A DNA stretch of 62,695 bases, filler included. It is 8 parts of 8 records of this genome, joined end to end, with 100 filler letters (N's around TTAATTAATTAA, not from the genome) between each part and the next. Parts side by side here need not be neighbours in the genome. Positions count along the whole stretch, not along the records: positions 12,847 to 22,257 come from SRR31147125_22739; positions 22,358 to 30,082 come from SRR31147125_22797; positions 30,183 to 39,579 come from SRR31147125_22816; 5 more parts are not named here. One strand, given 5' to 3'. Numbering within the stretch: the first letter of the stretch is position 1; every line of letters begins with the position of its first letter. A program made the translations under genes and the position numbers. The notes beneath the pieces were generated by a model. The model was given only the letters and a program-made list of their open reading frames with translations. It searched no databases and was not told the DNA's origin. Shown here piece by piece: positions 20,301 through 30,271 of the stretch.

Positions 20301-22208
20301 TATAAGAAGGATATAGAAATAATAATTGATAAAGACTTGTATATACCTCATACAGTAATAGGCGATCCTCATAAGCTGGGACAAATATTAGGTAATTTGA
20401 TTAACAACGCACTTAAATTTACTGCACATGGTCACGTGATTATTGGAGTAGAATTAGTTGAGGAAAGCAAAAACTATTGCAAACTAAAGTTTATAGTAAA
20501 AGATACTGGTGTCGGTATGAACGAGAAACAACTTTCTAAGCTGTTTATGCCATTCTCACAAGCAGACACATCCACTACGAGAAAATTTGGGGGCACAGGA
20601 CTCGGGTTGGTTATTACAAAAGAATTAGTTGAGATGATGGGCGGAGATATATGGGTATACAGTGAAGAGAATGAAGGAAGCAGCTTTGAGTTTGTTTTAC
20701 CATTTCAAATAGAAAAAAAACCAGAGAGTTTTGATTTAGTTGAAGATATAAATGTTTTAGTAATAGAACAAAATACTTTGACTGGAATAGTTATTGGTAA
20801 ATATTTAGAACAGTTTGGATATAAATATGTGATAGTGTCTTCATTAAACAAGGCTGTTGATCTGGTTAATAAGGAATACTTTGATATACTATTAATAAAT
20901 AATTCCAAGGAAGTAATAAACAAGACCATGTGGAACAAGCTAAGAAAATTATATAGAAAATCAAATACGCCTAAAGTAATCTTTGTACAAAGTGGTAATA
21001 AAGAAAACTTAGATATTGATAACATGCACATACCTTATAATGTTTTAGTTAAACCAATTTTTCCATCTAGTCTATATGACACCCTTAGCCAGACGTTAAA
21101 TGATAAAAACATTATTAGACATACTGATAGAGATAATGAAAAGCATATGAAAGAAATATCCAAGTTAAATGGCGAAAAAATACTTGTAGTTGAAGATAAT
21201 GAAATAAACAGGCTTGTAGTTAAGGATATTTTGAAAAATGCAGGATTTGAAGTAGATGAAGCTGACAATGGAGAAGAAGCTATTAAGAAAATAAATTCTA
21301 CTAAATACGATGCAGTACTAATGGATATACAGATGCCTATACTAGATGGATATGAAACTGCAAGATTGATTAGAAATAACTATAATAAAGAAACACTGCC
21401 TATAATTGCTTTGACGGCTGATGCTGTAGTAGAGACTAGAAACAAAGTATTAAAAATTGGTATGAATGATTATTTGAGCAAACCTATAGATGTTGAAAAA
21501 CTTTACAGCAAACTAATAAAGTGGCTGAAAATAAAGAATGTAATAAATACGGATAATCATGCTGATGATAGTACAGCTATAGATATTATGAAAACTATAT
21601 TATACGATTTCAATGTGGAGGATACACTAAAAAGGCTAGATAACAATATTGAATTTTACTTAGAGATACTTAATAAGTTTGCAGATGAATCTGATAGCTT
21701 AATATTGAAGTTGAATGAAAGCTTAGCAAATAAGGATTATGAAACGCTTAAACTAATTGCTCACTCACAAAAGGGAGTATCTTCATATATAGGAGCAGAG
21801 AACTTAATGGAATTATTCATTAAAATCCAAAGTGAGCTTTTGAATAGAAGGCCAAACAATAAAATTAAAATTGTAATTAATGATATAGTAAAAACGCTTA
21901 ATAACATCTTTAACGAAATAAAGATATTAAACTCTAAATTTATCGATATGAACCTAATTGAAAATAATGCTTCACAACTAAATATAATGGAGCAAATTGT
22001 TAAAGAACTGAAGAAATTAAAATCGAAATTGGAAGCTAAGGATAATAATATAGAAGATCTAATTAATAGTTTGAAATTTAATATTAATAACAAAAACATT
22101 TTAGGGATGCTTGATATGGTTAAAGATTATACTAAAAACATAGAATTTGAAAAGGCGGCTAAAATAGTTGAAAACATTTTAGAAATAACAAGTAATTTAA
22201 ACATATAG
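17322..22208 (+). CDS. Hybrid sensor histidine kinase (dCache-HAMP-multiple PAS-HisKA-HATPase-REC-REC-HPt)
   Basis: 'YDPRERPWY' dCache, HAMP 'DELGSLANNFNNM', H-box 'FLANMSHEIRTPMN', 'GGTGLGL', REC 'LMDIQMP', HPt 'AHSQKG'. The first REC appears to lack the phospho-Asp. Confidence 0.93.
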   Translation: MKLSMKILLISIAFFAIVSSIIMFILVPKIEMAYTQDIHEEYLDSLDDTFGHIDGYLSHISYDIDFISKIEEIYTDKENYFTSYVNVEDEDFAYYPNLDEQIITKCFEQYNTVKDNIEDIFIGFSDGSFITVDPIKVIGDTESIIYNYDPRERPWYKEAMSNPGVTIMSSIYQRMELIEGIEINSPSNYYLTLSKTIQNDSGDIVGVIGVNLDIEHFLSHLNFSSTKEAKAIGMIFDNGMVCVLEEQELSIYSDYSIPDIILYNKDDDIEKIFKGFENSSDIVKLDSDTRDYSIFYIVDTESIDMEVSKYIDTILYVILFSIFAFLLLIVLTISIIIVRPINKLSRVTSHISTTMDLSKKVKHTSGDELGSLANNFNNMIAEIRAFRDNLDDIVDKRTLELSKFSTAIEQSSVSVVITDTDGIVDYVNPEFTKVTGYEKSEVLGKNFRDLKSVKQNKVFNSKMWSKIVSGSYWSGVVENNKKNGDILHERTIISSIKDKDGKIVNVVAIKEDITDYILTQQKLKHAQEDINLIFDSVGEGIIGVDLNSKITFVNKKACDILGYTKEEFNGLELKRIIYKEYDPLHNTKPNTKLIINKIKEFKEVQIENEILINKKGGQFVAELNGVPIIRNGECIGSVIVFKDLTEKLKMESSIEALFDNMPTGFADHEMIYDEDGNPIDYRYIKINKAFNRQTGLSEDVLGKTVHEIIPNVKIKWIDIYNEVVKTKESRTFEEYSVALGKYFRVTTFPTGERTFATIFDNITESKKTEQVIEENEKRLSFIFETTPYAVVISVRGIIHYANSNFTKMTGLEAKDSVLEAYYDLIDRAEMIEKVRKGENVTNFETKLYNAKGGIINVFMSIISTDIEGEDGLLVWFMDITDIRKAEEQLIIAKEEAEAATEAKSNFLANMSHEIRTPMNAVIGLNKLLKDTTLTIKQSDYVDKIERSATKLLNIINDILDFSKIESGKMEVENIEFNLEEVIKDQISINSLNAYKKDIEIIIDKDLYIPHTVIGDPHKLGQILGNLINNALKFTAHGHVIIGVELVEESKNYCKLKFIVKDTGVGMNEKQLSKLFMPFSQADTSTTRKFGGTGLGLVITKELVEMMGGDIWVYSEENEGSSFEFVLPFQIEKKPESFDLVEDINVLVIEQNTLTGIVIGKYLEQFGYKYVIVSSLNKAVDLVNKEYFDILLINNSKEVINKTMWNKLRKLYRKSNTPKVIFVQSGNKENLDIDNMHIPYNVLVKPIFPSSLYDTLSQTLNDKNIIRHTDRDNEKHMKEISKLNGEKILVVEDNEINRLVVKDILKNAGFEVDEADNGEEAIKKINSTKYDAVLMDIQMPILDGYETARLIRNNYNKETLPIIALTADAVVETRNKVLKIGMNDYLSKPIDVEKLYSKLIKWLKIKNVINTDNHADDSTAIDIMKTILYDFNVEDTLKRLDNNIEFYLEILNKFADESDSLILKLNESLANKDYETLKLIAHSQKGVSSYIGAENLMELFIKIQSELLNRRPNNKIKIVINDIVKTLNNIFNEIKILNSKFIDMNLIENNASQLNIMEQIVKELKKLKSKLEAKDNNIEDLINSLKFNINNKNILGMLDMVKDYTKNIEFEKAAKIVENILEITSNLNI

Positions 22209-22232
22209 AACAGCATTAGGATAAAGTAATTA

Positions 22233-22253
22233 TAGTGTGCTTTAAGCACACTA
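22233..22253. terminator. Perfect inverted repeat after the kinase, possible terminator
   Basis: TAGTGTGCTT-T-AAGCACACTA. The contig ends 4 nt later. Confidence 0.45.
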
Positions 22254-22257
22254 CTCA

Positions 22258-22357
22258 NNNNNNNNNNNNNNNNNNNNNNNNNNNNNNNNNNNNNNNNNNN
22301 NTTAATTAATTAANNNNNNNNNNNNNNNNNNNNNNNNNNNNNNNNNNNNNNNNNNNN
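22258..22357. other. Artificial contig spacer
   Basis: N-run / TTAATTAATTAA / N-run. Confidence 0.98.
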
Positions 22358-22862
22358 AAAAGATAAAGAGGAAGCTCGCATGTTAGCAATTAATTTGCTT
22401 GCTGAAATAGATGATACTTCTTTATATGATTATTATATAAAGCTGGTGCTAGATAAAAATACAAGTGAAGAAATAGCTAATTTAATAATTGAAAGATTAA
22501 AATATTCTAACTATGATGCAAAAGATAGAATATTAGATGGATTAATAAATCTAGATGATGAAGAAGTAAAAATGAGATGTATGGATATTCTTGTTGATTT
22601 CCCTGGGGATGACAGGATATATAATATGCTGATTAAAATGTTCAATCAATATACAAACACATCATTACTAGCAGCTTATCTAGGCAAGTATGGTGATGAC
22701 AGAGCAATAAACATTTTAGAAGAAGCACTGGATTGGCAAGATATAAATTATTTAGATTATATAGAAATAAGAAATTCTATAGAAGAATTGGGAAAAGATG
22801 TAGATCATATAAGGACTTTTGAAGGAGATTCTTATTATGAATCATTAAAAAATATAGAGTAA
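22358..22862 (+). CDS. Hypothetical helical (HEAT-like) protein, probably 5'-truncated
   Basis: Frame is open to the contig edge; 'LAAYLGKYGDDRAINIL' is a HEAT/PBS-like repeat. Confidence 0.55.
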
Positions 22863-22874
22863 CAGAGGTATGAA

Positions 22875-23549
22875 ATGGATAAAATTATTTCTTTGGAAGA
22901 GGTAAAAAATAATAAAAAAATTAAAGTGCTGGTACATACAGCAAACAGTGTACTAGAAGCTATGGGCTACACTGAACACGGATTACGACATGTAGGATAT
23001 GTAAGCAAAGTTGCAGCAGAAATACTGGAAACATTATCTTATGATGAAAGAACGGTAGAATTAGCTGCAATAACAGGCTGGGTACACGACGTCGGCAATG
23101 CAATAAACAGAAATTTTCACGGATTAAATGGTGCATCTTTGCTGTATCCAATATTAGATGATATAGGCTTTCCAATTGAGGAAACTGCACAGATACTAGC
23201 TGCAGTTGGCAATCATGAAGCTGACACAGGCATTCCTGTAAGCCCAATATCAGCAGCGCTGATAATTGCGGATAAGAGTGACGCTCATAGAACTAGAGTT
23301 AGAAGGAAAAGCTATAATGTAAACGATATTCATGACAGGGTTAATTACGCTATTAAGCAAAATTGGCTGACAGTGGATGCTGAAAACAGAATAATACAAT
23401 ATAAATTAGTAATGGATTCCACTTCATCAGTAATGGAGTTTATGGAGATTTTTATATCTAGAATGTCAATGTGCGAAAAAGCAGCCGAATTATTAAATTG
23501 TAAATTTGATATTGTAATAAATGATAGCTTAATAAATAATCATACATAA
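22875..23549 (+). CDS. HD-domain metal-dependent phosphohydrolase
   Basis: 'TEHGLRH', 'VHDVGN', 'GNHE', 'LIIADKSD'. Confidence 0.88.
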   Translation: MDKIISLEEVKNNKKIKVLVHTANSVLEAMGYTEHGLRHVGYVSKVAAEILETLSYDERTVELAAITGWVHDVGNAINRNFHGLNGASLLYPILDDIGFPIEETAQILAAVGNHEADTGIPVSPISAALIIADKSDAHRTRVRRKSYNVNDIHDRVNYAIKQNWLTVDAENRIIQYKLVMDSTSSVMEFMEIFISRMSMCEKAAELLNCKFDIVINDSLINNHT

Positions 23550-23603
23550 TAATGTATACATAGGTATAAATACGTATATTTATTAGTATGCTTATATATA
23601 CAA

Positions 23604-25202
23604 TTGTATTTACAAAAGGATGTGAAACGTTTGAAAAGAAAAATTATTATATTAATATTGATTGTTGTATTATTATTTAGCAGTTGTTCAATGCTAAATA
23701 ATTCTAAAAACAATAAAGATGATACTGTGGATGGAGCAACAATTACTTTTGGGTTTATCGGATTAGAACAAGCATCTGCAGACGCAAGTTCAGTATCTAA
23801 TAGAATACATCAAAAGGTGCTTAATGATTTTGGAATAAATATTGAAGTAGTTACTTTAAATGAAGATACTTGGAAACAAGAATTAGATACAATGATAGCA
23901 AATGATGAATTGCCTGATGTTTTTTTTCATGATATAACAGATGACACTTTGCAATATAGACAGCTTATAGATTTGGGATTAATTCGTGATATACCAAAAT
24001 CTATATGGTCTGAAAAAGAAAATCTTGCTAAGGTTATGAGCTGGTATGAAGATGTATTTGCAATAGAAAACAAAATGTATTTTGTTCCAAGGACATATCA
24101 AACATATGATCAAACCCATGGTTCCTCTTATGCAATTTTATATAGAAGGGATTGGGCATATGTTGTAGGCTCAACTCTTCCAGAGAATCCACATTTTTAT
24201 GATGTAATGGAAATGATTAAGTCATTTGTTGCAAAAGACCCTGATGAAGACGATGTAAAAGATACCTGGGGCATAACAGGGGGAGATGATTTTGACTTTA
24301 TAAATTATGCTTTCCTAGAACCTTTTGGTGTGCGTGAATGGATGTATGAAGACAACGAGTGGATACCTGGGCTTTTAAGTAATGAGGCAAAAGAAGCCGT
24401 TGCATGGATTAGCCAATTATACAAAGAGGGGGTAGTTGACCCGGATTTTACACAGCAGACAAGCGAAGATGCTATAAATAAGTTCATTACAGGAAAAGCG
24501 GGAGCATGTTTAGCGAGTATATATCCAGAGCAGTTAAAGGATATTGAAGAAAAGTGGCTAAAATATAACACAAACTCTATATCTCAATCTATTGATATAA
24601 TTCCTCTTTACTATGCACCTAATGGACATCGTCATAATGAAATAGAGACTTTTTCTACTGGAACTATGTTTTCATCTAATTTAGATGATGAAGATTTGGA
24701 AAAGGTTTTGGATTTAATGAATTGGATGTATTCAGAAGAAGGACGTATGTATTTTGAATATGGTGTTGAAAATGACGACTATTCAATAGTATTGGGTGAT
24801 ATTGTTCCTATAAGCGATACTGAAGAGCCTATGTTCTTTAGTGAAAGGAATGAAGAATATAAAGCACTTGAGAACTTAGTTAGCTGGAATTTAGATTATT
24901 CATCTTTCTACTTGGATATGATGACTGAATTTCAGTCATATAGTAAAAGTGTTTTAGAATATGATATATGGGCATACAGCTATGAAAAAGAGCTGTTTAC
25001 AAAAGGTATGCTTACACCAGAAGTATGCATTTTGAACATTGAGACAGTTGCTAGAGATATGCTGTTTGAAGTAATAATGATATCATCTGATTTTGAATCT
25101 AGCTGGAATGAATATGTAAACTACTGTTATTCAACATTCAACGTAGAAGAAGCAAGCCAGGAAGTTGCTCAAAAGGCAAATGAATTAGGCATTATACCAT
25201 AA
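23604..25202 (+). CDS. Extracellular solute-binding lipoprotein (carbohydrate ABC family, LplA-like)
   Basis: Lipobox LFSSC; 'MIANDELPDVF', 'YRRDW', 'LYKEGVVDPDF', 'YGVENDDY'. Real start is probably TTG at 23631. Confidence 0.8.
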   Translation: MYLQKDVKRLKRKIIILILIVVLLFSSCSMLNNSKNNKDDTVDGATITFGFIGLEQASADASSVSNRIHQKVLNDFGINIEVVTLNEDTWKQELDTMIANDELPDVFFHDITDDTLQYRQLIDLGLIRDIPKSIWSEKENLAKVMSWYEDVFAIENKMYFVPRTYQTYDQTHGSSYAILYRRDWAYVVGSTLPENPHFYDVMEMIKSFVAKDPDEDDVKDTWGITGGDDFDFINYAFLEPFGVREWMYEDNEWIPGLLSNEAKEAVAWISQLYKEGVVDPDFTQQTSEDAINKFITGKAGACLASIYPEQLKDIEEKWLKYNTNSISQSIDIIPLYYAPNGHRHNEIETFSTGTMFSSNLDDEDLEKVLDLMNWMYSEEGRMYFEYGVENDDYSIVLGDIVPISDTEEPMFFSERNEEYKALENLVSWNLDYSSFYLDMMTEFQSYSKSVLEYDIWAYSYEKELFTKGMLTPEVCILNIETVARDMLFEVIMISSDFESSWNEYVNYCYSTFNVEEASQEVAQKANELGIIP

Positions 25203-25208
25203 AGATTT

Positions 25209-26677
25209 ATGAACATAAAAACTAAAGTATTATCAATTTTAATTATCCTTACTATATTTATTGTATCAGGATGTAGTAAGGATGATTTTAACTATACAAA
25301 AATAACTTCTAATAATAATCAATTAAATATTAAAAGCGATAAAGATATTGAAGTAACTGATGAAAAAATAAGTATTATAAGCGGCGGTGAATATACATTC
25401 TCCGGCGAAGGTATAGATGTACAAATAGTTATAGATAGTACAGAAGATGTAATAATTATTTTGGATAATGTAAGTATTGAGAATAATGATGTAACACCTA
25501 TTAAAATTGTTTCTGACGGTAATATACTTATTGAGACAGTTGGAAAAGTACCCAGTAAAATCTCTGTAACAAATGATAAAAAAATTACTGCATTAATTCA
25601 AAAGGCTCACTTAGCTTTGCAGGCGATTCTACACTTTATTTAGAAGGCAATGTTTGCATAAAGACAGATGGCGAATTAAATATGGGTGGGATAATGGAAA
25701 TTGTCGCACATGGTGATGCAATTAGAGCTGATTATATAAATCTTTCTTGCGATGATTTAACTATTTATGCTGATAAAGACGGAATACAGGCAGATGAGAT
25801 AAATGTACTATCTGGGAACTGCACTATAATTGGGACAAGCGATAAATCACGCGGAATTTATTCGAAGGGTAATTTGATAATTAATAAAAGTTGTATTTCA
25901 ATAAATACAGTTGATGATGGTATTTATTCAAAAGACAAAATATTAATTAATGAAGGAACTATTACAATTAAATCTAAGGACGATGCAATACATGGTGATA
26001 AGGAAGTAGAGATTAATGGCGGAAGTATTATTGTAAGTGAGTGTCTGGAAGGAATTGAAAGCAGTAAGATTATAATAAATGACGGTAGTGTTGACATTAA
26101 ATCCTCAAATGATGGAATAAATTCAGCCCACAGTGATAAAAAAAATAGCAATACAGCTGATATTTATATTAACAACGGAGATATAAAAATAAATGCAGAA
26201 GGCGATGGATTAGATGCTAATGGAAGTATTTATATAAATGGCGGGATATTATTCGTTAGCGGTGCATATAGCGGAGATAATAGTGCAATTGATTTTGATG
26301 ATGAATTTATTATAAATGGCGGAACGATAATTGCAGCTGGAAGCAACTTAAAAGCAAAAGCACCATCTTTAAACAGTATGCAGAATTCTATTATGATTAT
26401 ATATGAAAGCAATCAGTCAGCAGGGAATAATTTCATAGTAACAGATGAGTTTAACAATGCTCTTTTTGTAGCTGATTTTCCCAAGGCGTATGACTGTGTT
26501 ATTTTCTCTAGCGATAAATTAATTAATAATTACAAATACTTTTATGGAATAACAATTCTTGATATTTTTGAAAATGCCTATTTGCTGGACAGTAAGAGTG
26601 AAGATTACACAATTGAAAACTTCGGTCAATTTATAATTACATCGAATATTACTTTAATTAGAGAAGAAACTGAATAA
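25209..26677 (+). CDS. Cthe_2159/DUF4353 carbohydrate-binding beta-helix lipoprotein, split by a frameshift at A7 (25578-25584)
   Basis: Lipobox VSGC; repeated 'DGI.A/S...I.I.GG.I.I' coils; 'EGIES', 'DGLDANG'. One extra A fuses ORFs 25209-25643 and 25682-26677. Confidence 0.8.
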
Positions 26678-26842
26678 ATTTATCAGACTATTGACAATCT
26701 GCCAATCGCTATAATATATAGGCAGTCAGTGCTTTGATCTTTTAAATTAGGTTATTTGTAGACTTATAGTTTTGCAGGATAAGAAGTAAAATTTATCATA
26801 AATCTGGATTTTATCTGTACGATTATAAGATATTATATTTTT

Positions 26843-26870
26843 TTGACATATTAATTTATAATGTTATAAT
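26843..26870 (+). promoter_or_regulatory. SigA-type promoter of yfbR
   Basis: TTGACA-16 nt-TATAAT with an extended -10 (TGnTATAAT). Confidence 0.75.
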
Positions 26871-26945
26871 TAATAGGGATAATTTGAGAAAACTCAATTT
26901 TTCAACTGTTCCCTTTAGTAAAATTTTGATTAATAAGGGTGTTTT

Positions 26946-27518
26946 ATGAGTAGTTTTTTTGCATACATGTCAAGGATGAAGTTTATTAAACGCTGGGGGT
27001 TAATGCGCAACACAGAAGATGAGAATATACAAGAACACAGTTTGCAAGTTGCTATGATTGCCCATAACCTTGCATTGGTTGAAAATAAGTTCTATGGTGG
27101 TCAATATGATCCGAATTATATTATGGTACTAGCTGCATATCATGAAGTAAGCGAAATAATAACTGGAGATTTGCCGACACCTATTAAGTATTATAATCCT
27201 AAGATTATGAAAGAGTATAAAAAGATTGAGAAAATGGCAAATGAGAAGATTATTAATATGATTCCTAAAGATTTAACTAGTGATTACAAGGATATAATAA
27301 ACCAGCCAAATGATAAAAACCACCTTATTGTAAAGGCGGCAGATAAAATTGCTGCTTATATTAAATGTGTTGAGGAATTATCTGCTGGAAATCGTGAGTT
27401 TGCAGATGCGGAGACCTCGCTGAAAAAAACTATAGATCAAATTGATTTGAAAAGTGTAAAATACTTTATGGATACATTTATGGACAGCTTTAAGCTGACT
27501 TTGGATGAATTAAACTAA
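26946..27518 (+). CDS. yfbR: 5'-deoxynucleotidase (HD family)
   Basis: 'FFAYMSRMKFIKRWGLMRN..ENIQEHS', 'YHEVSEIITGDLPTPIKY', 'KAADK', 'GNREF'. Confidence 0.9.
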   Translation: MSSFFAYMSRMKFIKRWGLMRNTEDENIQEHSLQVAMIAHNLALVENKFYGGQYDPNYIMVLAAYHEVSEIITGDLPTPIKYYNPKIMKEYKKIEKMANEKIINMIPKDLTSDYKDIINQPNDKNHLIVKAADKIAAYIKCVEELSAGNREFADAETSLKKTIDQIDLKSVKYFMDTFMDSFKLTLDELN

Positions 27519-27694
27519 TATAAAATAAACTTGTAAAAGTTTTACATAAAATACCACGACACATATCTTACAAAAATATTACGATATTGTTGATTTATTT
27601 TAAGTTTTATGATATGATTATATCACTTAATGTTAACATGTATTTTGTTATGATGTATTGATAACCAATTATATAATACGGGTGGATATGAAGA

Positions 27695-30082
27695 GTGAAG
27701 AAGAAAGTACTAAGTTTAATGATTATTATTGCTCTAGTGGCTGGATTTGTGTTGCCATTGGAGACTGTATATGCTGCTGACTACAGCTATATAAAAGTGA
27801 AATTAGCCTCGATGGGCAGCGTGACTAGTGTTAATATAAAGATTAACGGATCATATTATATTAAGGAAAGCCCATACTATACACTTGTAAAAGGAAAATC
27901 CTATACTATAAAAAAATCGGGAAGCGGAATTGCAATATCCGATGGTACAAGCACATCATATATTGGTGTAACAGCTACATTTATAAGGACAGAGGATGAT
28001 TCGGATGAAAATTGGATAGTACTTAATAATACCAAGACGGGATGGACAAATTACCCTGGTGATTTGAAATTTTTGCGTAACGGATCATATATTGATACTA
28101 TATGTACTCTGTTTATGGAGACATATTTAGTAGGGGTAGTAGCGTATGAGATGAGTCCTTCATGGCCATTGGAAGCTTTGAAAGCACAGGCAGTAGCAGC
28201 CAGAACTTACGCTATGAGATATATTAATGCTGCAAATACTTATGACGTAGTTGATACAACATCGAATCAGGTCTATAAGGGATATAATCCATCGCGAGAT
28301 GCAAGGGTAATCGAAGCTGTAAATGCTACGGCTGGACAAGCACTAAAGTGGGGGAATACATTTGCAGACGGGGTGTATTCAGCAAGTAACGGCGGACAAA
28401 CCATGACAAGAAAGCCTAAATGGGGAAGCGTGAACTATTATCACGAGTTAAAGGATGATCCCTATGACAAAGCAAACCCTGCTAGCCCGAAGTTTGAATT
28501 TTTCTTCCCTAAGGTAATAACGACAACTAGAAAACTTGATAGTAGATTAGACTCTATGATAAGAAGTCTATCTGTTAGTGAGCTTAAATCAGAAGGAATA
28601 AGTGCAAGTGCGAGCGATATAACTATTAAGGGAATTGAATCCTTAACCCCACACACACTTCCTGCTGCAAACTCATACGGAGAATATCCTGATGGATCAT
28701 ATCAGTTTACTAAAATAGATGTAACTGCCGTAATTGATTACAGCGGCAATGGAACTGTGCCTATTGGTGATCAAAATGAACTCTCTTTTATTACTACAGG
28801 TGTAGTTAAGCTACAATCGTCTACACGTATGAGAATACGAAGCGGACCATCCACTAGTTATTCAATAGCAGGATATATTAATAATGGTGCAACATTAGAT
28901 GTATATGATATTAGGGATGATGATTGGCTAGCTGTGAAATATGGAAATGTTACAGGATATGTAATGAAAGTATATGTGGAGTTAGCTCCATATGATGCGC
29001 CGGCGGAAACTCCCGATGAATTAAATATACCAGGAACAGTAAAGGGCACATCAAATGAATATGCCTCTGTATATAAAGAAGCTTCATTAGATTCGAGTGT
29101 TGAAACGGCATTAACTGGCACAACACAAGTTACAATAGTTGAGTATTTAGATACCGGATGGTTAAAAATAGTAAGCGGCAACACAACTGGCTATGTACTG
29201 GAAGATAAAATTGATTATGATAAATCTTTATTAACAAATGATGATACCCACACAGTAGACGGACATAAAGTTACAGTTACTTTAGATTTTGCAACCTTAA
29301 AGGATAAGTTTGCATCAGATTCATCATATTTGAAATACCATAAATTATTAAGCGTAGATGAAACAGCCAGCGGTGAGCAGCTGGTTTTGACTGCAAGCAG
29401 ATATGGTCATGGAATAGGCATGTCCCAGCGTGGTGCACAACAGATGGCATATGAAGGATGGACTTATGAGCAAATACTAGCCTTTTACTACAACGGTACT
29501 GTGTTAACACAATTTTCATTAGAAGAGAAAGAATTACAGCAGAGTGTTGAGGCACCTCTTATTACTGCACGAACAACAACTGATAATGTTAATGTGCGTA
29601 AAGGTGAAATCTACCAGCTATTCGGTAATATCATCTATTGATGAAGATGTAGAGATATACGTAATATCCGTGGATGCTTGGTGTAATGTATATATACCTT
29701 CATTAAAAATATCAGGATATATGTCAAAAGATTATTTGAATATAACATACACAGATCCAGATACACCAAAATATGATAAAGTTTTATATCACGGAGGAAT
29801 ATATAAAGTTACTGCAACTAAACTTAACTTACGTTCGCAGCCAGTAATAGCTAACAATATAATTTGCGAAATGATATCAGGTAAAAATGTAAAAAAATTG
29901 GAACAAGATGGAGACTGGTTTAAAATTATTGATTCATCCAATAACATTGGGTGGTGCTCATCAAAATATTTAGTAAAAATTGGGGATGCAGTTGTAGAAC
30001 CTACACCTACTGCATCAGAAACAGCTAGCCCGACACCGACTATATCACCATCACCATCACCATCACCGTCACCGTCACCGTC
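27695..30082 (+). CDS. SpoIID/LytB domain + SH3b repeat cell-wall protein, frameshifted near 29607, 3'-truncated
   Basis: 'YLVGVVAYEM..SWPLEALKAQAVAARTY', 'GHGIGMSQRGA..MA', and SH3b 'RIRSGPSTSY'. Removing one base near 29607 restores 'NVRKGESTSYSVI'. The gene runs off the contig in a Pro/Ser linker. Confidence 0.85.
30045..30082 (+). repeat. Hexamer tandem repeat (TCACCR)6 encoding a Ser-Pro linker
   Basis: TCACCA x3 and TCACCG x3 at the contig end. Confidence 0.85.
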
Positions 30083-30182
30083 NNNNNNNNNNNNNNNNNN
30101 NNNNNNNNNNNNNNNNNNNNNNNNNNTTAATTAATTAANNNNNNNNNNNNNNNNNNNNNNNNNNNNNNNNNNNNNNNNNNNN
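30083..30182. other. Artificial contig spacer
   Basis: N-run / TTAATTAATTAA / N-run. Confidence 0.98.
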
Positions 30183-30188
30183 TATTAA

Positions 30189-30207
30189 CCCGGCATTTCA
30201 TGCCGGG
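30189..30207. repeat. Palindrome, REP-like or terminator
   Basis: CCCGGCAT-TTC-ATGCCGGG. Confidence 0.5.
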
Positions 30208-30271
30208 CTTTTAAGTCTTATACCCTTCGACAAGTTCAGGGTTAAATTAAATTAATCTATTTTATATTAAA

